The position numbers and the translations under genes are program-made. Below, piece after piece: positions 10,673 through 18,916 of a stretch of 64,000 bases of DNA (positions are counted from its first letter, which is position 1; every line of letters begins with the position of its first letter). Source of the DNA: an uncultured Alphaproteobacteria bacterium (lineage in GTDB: Bacteria; Pseudomonadota; Alphaproteobacteria; JAPOUT01; G958296285); NCBI GenBank assembly GCA_958296285.1, contig OY282459.1, positions 1,282,762-1,346,761 on the forward strand, given 5' to 3'. The notes beneath the pieces were generated by a model. That model was not told the origin of the DNA. It worked only from the letters and a program-made list of their open reading frames with translations, and did not search any database.

Positions 10673-11694
10673 GCGAAAACCTCAAAAAAACCCTCGCGCT
10701 TATCGCGTCAGGCGAAAAACTCGCGCCCGCCCAAGCCGAAACCGCCTTCCAACATCTCATGTCCGGCGAAGCCAAAGACGCCGAAATCGGCGCGCTCCTC
10801 ATGGGACTCCATATGCGCGGCGAAACAACAGACGAAATCGCCGCCGCCGCCAAAATCATGCGCGCCGCCGCCACGCCCGTCCAAGCCCCGAAAAACGCCA
10901 TAGACCTCTGCGGAACAGGCGGCGATATGAAAGGAAGCCTCAATATCTCCACCGCCGCGTCTTTTATAGTCGCCGCCTGCGGCGTCCCGGTGGCGAAGCA
11001 CGGAAACCGCGCGCTCTCGTCTCAGTCAGGCGCGGCGGACGTCCTTTTGGCGCTCGGCGCTGAAACCGCCCTCCCGCCCCAGACCATCGCCCAATGCATC
11101 AAGGAAACGGGCATCGGCTTCCTCTTCGCGCCCTCGCACCACCCCGCCGCGAGACATGTCGCGCCGGCGCGCGCGGCGCTCGGCATCAGGACAATCTTCA
11201 ACCTCCTCGGACCTCTCTGCAATCCCGCCTTCGTCAAACGGCAACTGATCGGAGTCTTCGCGCCCGAATGGCTGACGCCCCTCGCCGAAGTGCTGCGCGA
11301 TTTGGGAAGCGAGCGCGTTTGGATCGTTCATGGCTCGGACGGGATGGACGAAATCACCCTTTCCGGCGAAACCCGCGCCGCCGAACTCAAAAACGGCAAA
11401 GTCCGCCCCTTCACGATCACGCCCGAAGAAGCAGGACTTCCTCGCGCTCCATCGGAGAGTCTCAAAGGCGGGACGCCTCAACAGAACGCGGCGGCTCTGC
11501 GGAGACTGTTGGACAGCGAAAGCGAAAACGGGGCTTATAGAGACGCTGCCGTTCTGAACGCGGCGGCGGCGCTCGTCATCGCGGAGAAGGCAGGAGATTT
11601 GCGCGAAGGCGCGGCGCAAGCCTCCGAATCTCTTTCCAGCGGACGCGCCGCCGACACCTTTCACGCCTTTCGCAATTTCACGAAGAAGCCATGA
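10669..11694 (+). CDS. trpD: anthranilate phosphoribosyltransferase
   Basis: Motifs DLCGTGGD and SSQSGAADVL, length 341 aa. Confidence 0.93.
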   Translation: MSENLKKTLALIASGEKLAPAQAETAFQHLMSGEAKDAEIGALLMGLHMRGETTDEIAAAAKIMRAAATPVQAPKNAIDLCGTGGDMKGSLNISTAASFIVAACGVPVAKHGNRALSSQSGAADVLLALGAETALPPQTIAQCIKETGIGFLFAPSHHPAARHVAPARAALGIRTIFNLLGPLCNPAFVKRQLIGVFAPEWLTPLAEVLRDLGSERVWIVHGSDGMDEITLSGETRAAELKNGKVRPFTITPEEAGLPRAPSESLKGGTPQQNAAALRRLLDSESENGAYRDAAVLNAAAALVIAEKAGDLREGAAQASESLSSGRAADTFHAFRNFTKKP

Positions 11695-12503
11695 GGCATA
11701 TCCTCCAAACAATCCAAACCCGCAAGCGCGAGGAACTCGCCCGCGCGCGAAAAGACGCCCCCCCATCCGCGTTGGAAGCGCGGACAGGCGAAGCTCCCGC
11801 AATCCGTCTTTTCCGTGAATCTTTGGAAAAGAGGCGCGAGACAAGCCCCGCGATCATCGCCGAGATTAAAAAGGCGAGTCCTTCCAAGGGCGTCATCCGC
11901 GAGGATTTTGACCCCGCCGCTCTCGCGGAAAATTTGGAGAAAGGGGGCGCGGCGTGTTTGTCGGTGCTGACGGATAAGGATTTTTTTCAAGGCGCGGCGG
12001 AGCATCTTGGAGAGGCGAAAGAGGCGACCGCGCTCCCAATCTTGCGCAAAGATTTTCTGATAGACCCCTATCAGGCGCTAGAGAGCCGCGCTTGGGGCGC
12101 GGACGCCGTGTTGTTGATTATGGCTCTGCTGGAGCGCCAGCAAGCCGCCGAGATCGCCGCCGCCGCGAAGGAATGGGAGATGGACGTCCTCGCCGAAGCG
12201 CATGACGAGAAAGAGTTGGAAGAGGCGCTGCGCTTAGAACCCGACATGATCGGCATCAACAATCGGAATCTCAAAACTTTTGAAACCTCGCTGGATGTGT
12301 CTTTGCGTCTTGCGCGAGAGATTCCGCGAGACGCGCTCGCCATCGCCGAGAGCGGCATTGAGAGCCATGACGACATTTTGCGTCTTCAAGAGGCGGGGAT
12401 CCATTGCTTCCTCATCGGCGAAACTTTGATGCGCGCCGATGATCCGGCGCGGAAGATTCGGGAGTTGTTAGGAGAAGAGGATGAAGAAGACAAGCCATCT
12501 TGA
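11691..12503 (+). CDS. trpC: indole-3-glycerol-phosphate synthase
   Basis: IIAEIKKASPSKGVIREDFDP motif; follows trpD. Confidence 0.92.
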   Translation: MRHILQTIQTRKREELARARKDAPPSALEARTGEAPAIRLFRESLEKRRETSPAIIAEIKKASPSKGVIREDFDPAALAENLEKGGAACLSVLTDKDFFQGAAEHLGEAKEATALPILRKDFLIDPYQALESRAWGADAVLLIMALLERQQAAEIAAAAKEWEMDVLAEAHDEKELEEALRLEPDMIGINNRNLKTFETSLDVSLRLAREIPRDALAIAESGIESHDDILRLQEAGIHCFLIGETLMRADDPARKIRELLGEEDEEDKPS

Positions 12504-12960
12504 CGAGCGCGGGCGGGTCTCTATGGCGGATGTCTCGGCGAAGAAGACGACCGAGCGCCGCGCCGAAGCCGAAGCCGTCATCATTATGCGCCCCGAAACG
12601 CTGCGCGCTCTTTTAGAAGGCGAAGGCAAGAAAGGCGACGCCTTCGCCGCCGCGAGAATCGGCGGCATCATGGCGGCGAAAAAAACCGCCGATCTCATTC
12701 CGCTCTGCCATCCCCTGCCGCTTGATCATATCGCTCTCCGCTTTGAGACAGACGAGAAAAAAGGACGAATCCGCATCGCCGCCGCCGTCAAAACGACAGC
12801 CCGAACAGGCGCGGAGATGGAAGCGCTGACCGCCGCCGCCATCGCCTCCCTGACGCTCTACGACATGGCGAAAAGCGAGGAGAAAGGGATACGGATAGAA
12901 AGTCTGCGTCTTCTTTCCAAAAGCGGCGGCAAATCCAAAGATTTTAACGCCGATGGATAA
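12481..12960 (+). CDS. moaC: cyclic pyranopterin monophosphate synthase MoaC
   Basis: Motifs SMADVSAKKTT and LIPLCHPLPLD. Confidence 0.92.
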   Translation: MKKTSHLDERGRVSMADVSAKKTTERRAEAEAVIIMRPETLRALLEGEGKKGDAFAAARIGGIMAAKKTADLIPLCHPLPLDHIALRFETDEKKGRIRIAAAVKTTARTGAEMEALTAAAIASLTLYDMAKSEEKGIRIESLRLLSKSGGKSKDFNADG

Positions 12961-14161
12961 TCTCATCTCTGTGGAAGAGGCTCTGCGCCTGATGGAGGCG
13001 GCGGCGCGTCCTCTGCCTAAAACATCCGCGCCATTAAGCGAGGCGGTCGGGCGCGTTTTGGCGAAAGAGATCAAGGCGCGTCTGACGCATCCGCCCTTCG
13101 CCGTCTCGGCGATGGACGGCTTCGCGCTCCATGCCGAAGATGCGCGGACTATCCCGGCGCGTCTGAACCTCATCGGAGAGTCGGCGGCGGGGAAGCCTTA
13201 TCAAGGCGAGGTCTCTCGCGGCGAAGCGGTAAAAATCCAAACAGGCGCGAGCATCCCCTCCCCTCTTGACGCCATCGCGCCCAAAGAGATAACGAAAACC
13301 GAAGGCGAGCATGTCAAGATTCTGAAACCTGTTCTGATCAAGCGGTTCATTCGAGAGGCGGGGCAGGATTTTTCTCGCCGGGAGGTTCTTCTTCCGAAAG
13401 GGCATCTGTTGGACGCGGCGGCGATCGGTCTGGCGGCGGCGGGCGGACATGACGCGCTTATCGTTCCGAGAAAGCCGCGCGTTTCGGTTTTGGCGTCAGG
13501 GAGCGAGCTTGTCGCGGCAGGCGTCTCGCCCAAGCGCGGGCAGATCGTCTCGTCCAACTCTTACGTTTTGACGGCGCTCTTGAATCAGATGAACGCGGAA
13601 GTTGAAGATTTAGGGATTGCGTCCGATTCTCTCGCCGATTTGGAAAGCGCGCTCGCCAAAAGCGCCGCGCCCGATCTTCTGATCACTATAGGGGGCGTTT
13701 CGGTCGGCGAGCATGACCTCATTCTGCCCGCTCTTCGCAAGCGGGGTTTTGAGACAATTCTGCATGGCGTGGCAATGCGTCCGGGAAAACCTTTTCTTTT
13801 CGGACGTTTGGGCAAGGCTTTTGTCATGGGTCTTCCCGGGAATCCTGTCTCGGCGCTTGTCTGCGCGCATCTTTTCATAAGACCTTTCCTGCGCGCGCTC
13901 GGCGGACATGACGCGCCCTATCAAGACAAAAGCGAATCCGCGATCCTTGACAAAAGCATCCCCGCCAATGGCGCGAGGCAGTCTTATCTGCGGGGACGTT
14001 TAAGAAAAGACGGAGACGCGCTTCACGTCCTCCCCTTCGCGCGACAAGACAGCGCGCTCCTTCGGGATATGGCTTATGCAGACGCGCTCATTTCGCGCCC
14101 TCCGTCAAGCCCGTCGGCCGAAGCGGGCGATGAAACTCGGATCTTGCGCCTCGCTTTCTAG
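12953..14161 (+). CDS. moeA: molybdopterin molybdotransferase MoeA
   Basis: 402 aa, MoeA-like N-terminal and MoCF-binding regions. trpGDC-moaC-moeA order is conserved in alphaproteobacteria. Confidence 0.9.
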   Translation: MDNLISVEEALRLMEAAARPLPKTSAPLSEAVGRVLAKEIKARLTHPPFAVSAMDGFALHAEDARTIPARLNLIGESAAGKPYQGEVSRGEAVKIQTGASIPSPLDAIAPKEITKTEGEHVKILKPVLIKRFIREAGQDFSRREVLLPKGHLLDAAAIGLAAAGGHDALIVPRKPRVSVLASGSELVAAGVSPKRGQIVSSNSYVLTALLNQMNAEVEDLGIASDSLADLESALAKSAAPDLLITIGGVSVGEHDLILPALRKRGFETILHGVAMRPGKPFLFGRLGKAFVMGLPGNPVSALVCAHLFIRPFLRALGGHDAPYQDKSESAILDKSIPANGARQSYLRGRLRKDGDALHVLPFARQDSALLRDMAYADALISRPPSSPSAEAGDETRILRLAF

Positions 14162-14607
14162 AGCAGCCCCGCCTCCGTCAAAGCCGCGCGCAGCTCTTCG
14201 GGCATATCGTCCGACAAGCCCGCTCTTTCCAAATCGGGGGGCGCGTCTTTCGCTTCCAAATAGCGCCAGCCCTGAAAAGCGCGGCGCGGGAAGGGCTTCG
14301 TCAGAACGAGTTCCAAATCCAAATCCAAAAGACAGCGCTTCACGCCGTCTCGCCCCTTATGCGGACGAATATCCAGAATCCTCTGCCGCGCCGCGATGAC
14401 GCCCCGAAAAACCCAATAAAGAGAGCCGTTCCGCGGCGAGCCGCTCGCCAAAATCTCTTCGCGCCGCTTCGGCGTCATGCGCGTGATGTGGAAGAGTTCG
14501 GGCGACTGCCCTCTCGCTTTTTGAGAGGCGATCTCGTCTCGCTGCCATCGCGCGAGTTCGGCGGGCGACCCCACGCCCACGCACAATTTGACCAAATGCA
14601 GCGTCAT
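14158..14607 (-). CDS. DUF1489-family protein (alphaproteobacterial conserved hypothetical)
   Basis: N-terminus MTLHLVKLCVGV matches the DUF1489 signature. Start set at the internal Met (14607). Confidence 0.65.
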   Translation of the reverse strand: MTLHLVKLCVGVGSPAELARWQRDEIASQKARGQSPELFHITRMTPKRREEILASGSPRNGSLYWVFRGVIAARQRILDIRPHKGRDGVKRCLLDLDLELVLTKPFPRRAFQGWRYLEAKDAPPDLERAGLSDDMPEELRAALTEAGLL

Positions 14608-14614
14608 AAAGACC

Positions 14615-15985
14615 TCACAGCAGAAAATACGCCGCCAAGCCCAAAAAGGCGAAAAAGCCGACAACATCCGTGACTGTCGTCAAAAACACGCCGGACGAAA
14701 TGGCGGGATCGGCGCCGATTTTCTCTAATGCCAGAGGGATCAGAATTCCAGCGAGCGCGGCGGTCAGCATATTGACAATCACGGCGGCGAAAAGAACCAT
14801 CCCAAGCGCGAAATTCTTAAACCACGCGCCTCCAATCACCCCCAAAATCACGGCAAGCGATACGCCATTCAGAACTCCCACGCCGATCTCGCGCATGATG
14901 ATCCTGCGCTGATTCGCCGCGACAAGCTCGCGAGTCGCCAGCGCGCGCACGGCGACGGTGAGAGTCTGAATGCCCGCCACGCCTCCCATGGACGCCACGA
15001 TCGGCATCAGAACCGCCAGCGCCACCATTCCGGCGATCGCGTCCTCAAAAAGCGCGATGACGACAGACGCCAAAATCGCCGTCATCAGATTGACGAAGAG
15101 CCATAAAAAGCGTCTGCGCGCCGATTCCAGCACCGTGCCGGAGAGTCTGTCGCGTCCGACTCCGCCGAGCCTCTTGATGTCTTCGCTCGCTTCTTCGGTG
15201 ATGACTTCCACGATGTCGTCCGCCGTGATCATGCCCATCAGCATGCCGTTCTGATCCACGACGGGCGCGCTGACCAGATTATATCGGCGGAAGGCTTCGG
15301 CGACATCTTCGCGGTCTTTATGGGCTTCTATCTTGAGAGGCTCGCCCTGCATCAGGCTGTTCAGAGACTCTTCGCGCTTGGCGCGGACGAGGCGGCTCGT
15401 CAAGACGCTTCCGATGAGTCTCCATGTCGGGCTGACGATATAGATTTCGTAGAAATCCTTCGGGAGTTCGGCGCTTTGGCGCAGATGGTCTATGACGCGT
15501 CCTACGCTCCAGAAGGCGGGGACGGCGACCAGATCGCGCTGCATGAGGCGTCCTGCGCTGTCTATCGGGTAATCCAGTCCGCGCTCAATATCGGAGCGCG
15601 CGCGGAGGGGAACGCGATCTAGGATATTTCTTCGGCGGGTTTCGTCCAGCCCTTCCACGAGGGCGAGCGCGTCATCGGAGGCGATTGTGGCGAGGGCGGG
15701 CGCGAGTTTTTCGGGGGCGAGGAGCGGGAGGATATCGGCGAGGACGCCTTCTTCCAGTTCCGAGAGGATTTCGGGCTTGAGTTCGTCATTGAGGAGGGTG
15801 ATGAGTTTGTGTCGTTCTTCGGGTTTGAGGAGTTCTAGGATTTCGGCGGCGTCTGCGGCGTGGAGTTCGTGGATTTGGTTTTGGAGTTTCGCGCGATGTT
15901 CCGCGGTGATGGCTTCGCGCGTTTCTTGGAGGATATTTGGGACGGGCGTTTCGGTGGGTTCCGTGGTGTGGGGGGGATTAGACAT
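14615..15985 (-). CDS. mgtE: magnesium transporter MgtE
   Basis: 456 aa, with MgtE N-domain, CBS pair and a C-terminal TM domain containing PIVASMGGVAGIQT-like motifs. Confidence 0.9.
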   Translation of the reverse strand: MSNPPHTTEPTETPVPNILQETREAITAEHRAKLQNQIHELHAADAAEILELLKPEERHKLITLLNDELKPEILSELEEGVLADILPLLAPEKLAPALATIASDDALALVEGLDETRRRNILDRVPLRARSDIERGLDYPIDSAGRLMQRDLVAVPAFWSVGRVIDHLRQSAELPKDFYEIYIVSPTWRLIGSVLTSRLVRAKREESLNSLMQGEPLKIEAHKDREDVAEAFRRYNLVSAPVVDQNGMLMGMITADDIVEVITEEASEDIKRLGGVGRDRLSGTVLESARRRFLWLFVNLMTAILASVVIALFEDAIAGMVALAVLMPIVASMGGVAGIQTLTVAVRALATRELVAANQRRIIMREIGVGVLNGVSLAVILGVIGGAWFKNFALGMVLFAAVIVNMLTAALAGILIPLALEKIGADPAISSGVFLTTVTDVVGFFAFLGLAAYFLL

Positions 15986-16096
15986 ACGCCGCGCCTTTTT
16001 TGCTTTTTTGTCTGTGGCGTATATTTAGCCTATGGGGGCTGATTTATAAAAGCCCCCGACTCTTTTGGATCGGGGGCGAGTTTGTGAGATTTTGTT

Positions 16097-16426
16097 CTAG
16101 GATGCTAATTTGAGAAGGATTGCGCCTGTCAGAGTGAAATTCGCTATCATGAAGGTGATGGTGACTCCGAACATCCATTTTAGCAGGCGCATGTCGGCTT
16201 GGACTTCTCCGAAGCGTTTTTCCATGTCTATTCTGAGTTCTCCGATCTGCGCGTTCATATCGGCGCGGAGTTCTCCGACCCGTTCTTCCACGTTCCGAAG
16301 CCGTTCTTCTATGTTCCGAAGCCGTTGCTCATCGCGGTTGGCTTCCAGCGCTTCTATAGCGGCGGTGGCTTTGTGATCGCTGACTTTCGCTTCTTTGAGG
16401 GCATCATAGACTGCGACGAGGCTCAT
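16097..16426 (-). CDS. DUF1640-like coiled-coil protein with C-terminal membrane anchor
   Basis: Heptad-like repeats (LRNIEERLRNVEERVGELRADMNAQIGELRIDMEKRFGEVQADM), then LLKWMFGVTITFMIANFTLTGAIL hydrophobic tail. Internal nucleotide direct repeat ttccgaagccgttcttc x2. Confidence 0.6.
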   Translation of the reverse strand: MSLVAVYDALKEAKVSDHKATAAIEALEANRDEQRLRNIEERLRNVEERVGELRADMNAQIGELRIDMEKRFGEVQADMRLLKWMFGVTITFMIANFTLTGAILLKLAS

Positions 16427-16489
16427 GGTTTATCTCCTTATGGTTGTGTTTTTGTAGCATTTTTGGTTCTTCTGCCGCAATCTTTAGAA

Positions 16490-16650
16490 GAAAGAAAAGG
16501 GGGGTGTGGGGGGTCGGAGACCCCCCGCGAAAAAGGGGGGATCGGGGGGATTCCCCCCCGAAAAGCGCGTGGGTGGGGTGGGGAAAAGAGCATTTGCGAG
16601 CGAAGCGTAAGCGTAGCGAGCAAATGCGACCCCACCCACGCGCCCCCTGC
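16490..16650. repeat. Repeat cluster B: G6/C6 micro-palindromes plus a module Y fragment (about 16500-16560) and module Z (- orientation, about 16565-16645)
   Basis: The Z copy gcgcgtgggtggggtgggg...gcatttgcgagcg...cgagcaaatgcgaccccacccacgcgcc is the reverse complement of 17302-17393. Z is itself an imperfect ~90-nt palindrome. Confidence 0.85.
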
Positions 16651-16672
16651 TCGCAGGAGCTACTGATTCAGA

Positions 16673-17131
16673 TCAAAGATCGCCAAGCCTGCGCCGAAAC
16701 ACTTCATCAAACTTTTCTAATCTCTCCTTGAACCAAGCATATTGCGCGCATCTGTGGTTCATATTTTCCCAATCAGCTTCCTCTTCCCAGCTTTGGGTAA
16801 TAGATGGGAATCCCCATTGCAGTGGTGGAGGTGTGCCAATTTCCCTCTCAATGGCTTCTTTATCTGCATGCAGTTGGTTAAAACATTCCTTAGCGTAAAG
16901 CATGTCGGTGTCGGGGACAGGAAAACTTTTGCCATAGATAGAAAACCTAACAGCTACCTTGCGCGGCGGCGTCTTATAAAAACACGCCCATATGCGAAAG
17001 CCTGCTCTCCCCATAGAGAATCCTAGAGTGCTGCCAGACGACCGACAACGCCCGCGCCCAATATGTGAGTCAGACGCTCTGAGGCACTTAAGCAAACCTT
17101 GCCAATAGAGGCGGTGTTCTTCTTTAGACAT
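16673..17131 (-). CDS. hypothetical protein, DUF4268-like; low-GC (~47%) islet gene
   Basis: 152-aa ORF with a clean start 18 nt downstream of the tRNA-Leu 3' end. GC is far below surrounding DNA, and the ORF sits between inverted Z elements. Confidence 0.55.
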   Translation of the reverse strand: MSKEEHRLYWQGLLKCLRASDSHIGRGRCRSSGSTLGFSMGRAGFRIWACFYKTPPRKVAVRFSIYGKSFPVPDTDMLYAKECFNQLHADKEAIEREIGTPPPLQWGFPSITQSWEEEADWENMNHRCAQYAWFKERLEKFDEVFRRRLGDL

Positions 17132-17149
17132 TTGTCATTTCCGCAAAAA

Positions 17150-17236
17150 TGGTGCGGTCGAGAAGACTCGAACTTCCACGGGGTTGCCCCCACAGCGCCC
17201 TCAACGCTGCGCGTCTACCTATTCCGCCACGACCGC
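17150..17236 (-). tRNA. tRNA-Leu (anticodon GAG), 87 nt with long variable arm, CCA encoded
   Basis: Reverse complement GCGGTCGTGGCGGAATAGGTAGACGCGCAGCGTTGAGGGCGCTGTGGGGGCAACCCCGTGGAAGTTCGAGTCTTCTCGACCGCACCA folds as a cloverleaf with anticodon loop TTGAGGG. Confidence 0.85.
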
Positions 17237-17246
17237 ATCCAAAACA

Positions 17247-17275
17247 CAATTAGCAGAAATTAACCAACCCCTCAA
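17247..17275 (-). promoter_or_regulatory. putative sigma70-type promoter for tRNA-Leu (-35 TTGAGG, 17-nt spacer, -10 TAATTG)
   Basis: Read on the minus strand immediately upstream of the tRNA 5' end; hexamer spacing is canonical. Sequence-only inference. Confidence 0.3.
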
Positions 17276-17279
17276 CCTC

Positions 17280-17547
17280 GCTAGAAATCTTGCGAACAGG
17301 GGGCGCGTGGGTGGGGTCGCATTTGCTCGCTCGCTACGCCACGAGTGGCTTCTCTTCGCTCGCAAATGCTTTTTTCCCCACCCCACCCACGCGCTTTCGG
17401 GGGGATTCCCCCGAACCCCCTTTCTCAAGGGGGGCTAGCCCCCCTTGACCCCCCTTCACCTCAAGCTTCTATGAATTAGTTCCCCCTGGGGCAAACCCAA
17501 AATGCCTCTCTATGAAAAAAATGCCCGCGGCGGCTCGCCGCCCCCCC
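17280..17547. repeat. Repeat cluster C: module Z (+, about 17302-17393), module Y (+, about 17393-17455), module X (-, about 17451-17547)
   Basis: X(-) is the reverse complement of 9786-9880 with few mismatches. Y is a direct copy of 9995-10060. X abuts and extends into the cysH stop codon. Confidence 0.85.
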
Positions 17548-18312
17548 TTAACGGGAGCCTCCATGAATCCCGCACTCCTCCTTCTCTAAACCACCCCATC
17601 TACCATCACGATACGAACCCCCCGAACCAACAGAAGCCGTGCAAGGAACACACCCTATAGACAAATACCCACGCTTCACCAACGGATGAACAACCAAACT
17701 ATGCCGCTCAACATAAGAACCAAGAGCCTCCTGATCCCAATCCACAAGAGGATTAATGGAAAACCGCGCCACGCTCCCCGCCATCTCCCGAAACTCTATC
17801 GCCTCCAAAATCGCCCGACTCGCCGTCTGAAAACGCTTCCGACCCGTGATCACCGCCTCAAATCCCCCCAACGCCCGCCGCAACGGCAAAACCTTCCGAA
17901 AATGACAGCAAGCGTCAGGATCCTCGCTCCAAAGAGAACCATCCGAATCCAACCGCGCCCGATCCACAGGATCAGGACCAATGGAACGCAAATCCGTCAA
18001 ACCCAGCCGATCCTGCAATAAATCACGATAGCGAAGAGTCTCCGGAAACAACTTCCCCGTATTCAGAAAAATCACGGGAACAGACGGATCAATCTCCGAA
18101 ACCATATGCAGCAAAACCACCGACTCCGAACCAAAAGACGAAACCACCGCAATCCTGCCCGGAAAAACCTCCTTGATCATCGCCTCAAGAAGAGGCTTGC
18201 CGGACAGCGCATATTCACGCCGCAACATCTCAAGACGCGCCGCCGCCTCGGCAGGAACCTCCCCCGAAGCGCGAGGCATCGGAATCTCGGCGCGATTCTC
18301 TAAACCAGCCAT
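17548..18312 (-). CDS. cysH: phosphoadenylyl-sulfate/adenylyl-sulfate reductase (thioredoxin-dependent, Fe-S type)
   Basis: PAPS-reductase fold (SFGSESVVLLHM), CC...CxxC cysteine pairs (ACCHFRKV, CVPCT) and C-terminal ECGIH motif. The coding strand is extremely G+T-rich. Confidence 0.88.
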   Translation of the reverse strand: MAGLENRAEIPMPRASGEVPAEAAARLEMLRREYALSGKPLLEAMIKEVFPGRIAVVSSFGSESVVLLHMVSEIDPSVPVIFLNTGKLFPETLRYRDLLQDRLGLTDLRSIGPDPVDRARLDSDGSLWSEDPDACCHFRKVLPLRRALGGFEAVITGRKRFQTASRAILEAIEFREMAGSVARFSINPLVDWDQEALGSYVERHSLVVHPLVKRGYLSIGCVPCTASVGSGGSYRDGRWGGLEKEECGIHGGSR

Positions 18313-18845
18313 TTTTGATCCTCCATCATCGCGCGGCTTTTCTCACGGACAGCGCTCGGCGCTAATCCCTGATCGCGCCACCGATCCCGCGCCGCCGACA
18401 GCGCCAACAAACGATCGCGCCATTCCGCCCCATAATGGCGAGAGAGATCATCACGAAGCATCCGCGCCGCCGAAGGCGATCTGCCTCCGGTGGAAACGGC
18501 GAAAAGCAAATCCCCTCGCCGCAAAATGGACGGAACATGAAAATCGCACAAAGCCGGAATGTCTTCTGTGTTGACAAGAGCGCCGACAGCGCGCGCGCGA
18601 GCCGCGAGCGGACGGGCTTCCTCTTCCGAAAATCCCGCGATGAACAGAATCGCGCCGCGCATCTCCTCATCTTTCGGAAGACGCCGCCGAATCGGAAAAC
18701 TCATCAGAGCCTCACCGCGCGGCGCGTAGATTTCCGCCTCCATCTTTGCCGCTCCGATGAGCCGACAGCGTTTTAACAGCGGCTCGCCCTCGCCAATGAG
18801 GAGAATCTTTTTCCGATTCGGGTTAAGGACGATCGGCAGCATCAT
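18300..18845 (-). CDS. standalone siroheme-synthase N-terminal domain (precorrin-2 dehydrogenase/sirohydrochlorin ferrochelatase, SirC/Met8-like)
   Basis: Rossmann-like LLIGEGEPLLKRCRLIGAAKM, then motif PSILRRGDLLFAVSTGGRSPSAARMLRDDLS as in the CysG N-domain. Adjacent to cysH. Confidence 0.65.
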   Translation of the reverse strand: MMLPIVLNPNRKKILLIGEGEPLLKRCRLIGAAKMEAEIYAPRGEALMSFPIRRRLPKDEEMRGAILFIAGFSEEEARPLAARARAVGALVNTEDIPALCDFHVPSILRRGDLLFAVSTGGRSPSAARMLRDDLSRHYGAEWRDRLLALSAARDRWRDQGLAPSAVREKSRAMMEDQKWLV

Positions 18846-18916
18846 GCCTATAATATCGGACTTGCGCGGACGAAAAGCAAGCGCCCCCCTGCCTCCCCTG
18901 CCCTATAGACAATGCG

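Noticed and set aside
16028-16060. Hairpin gggggctgatttataaaagccccc between mgtE and the DUF1640 gene, considered as a Mg-riboswitch (M-box) leader or terminator
   Set aside because: The intergenic region (~110 nt) is too short for an M-box aptamer. The stem-loop lacks a clear U-tract, so it is only a possible structural element.
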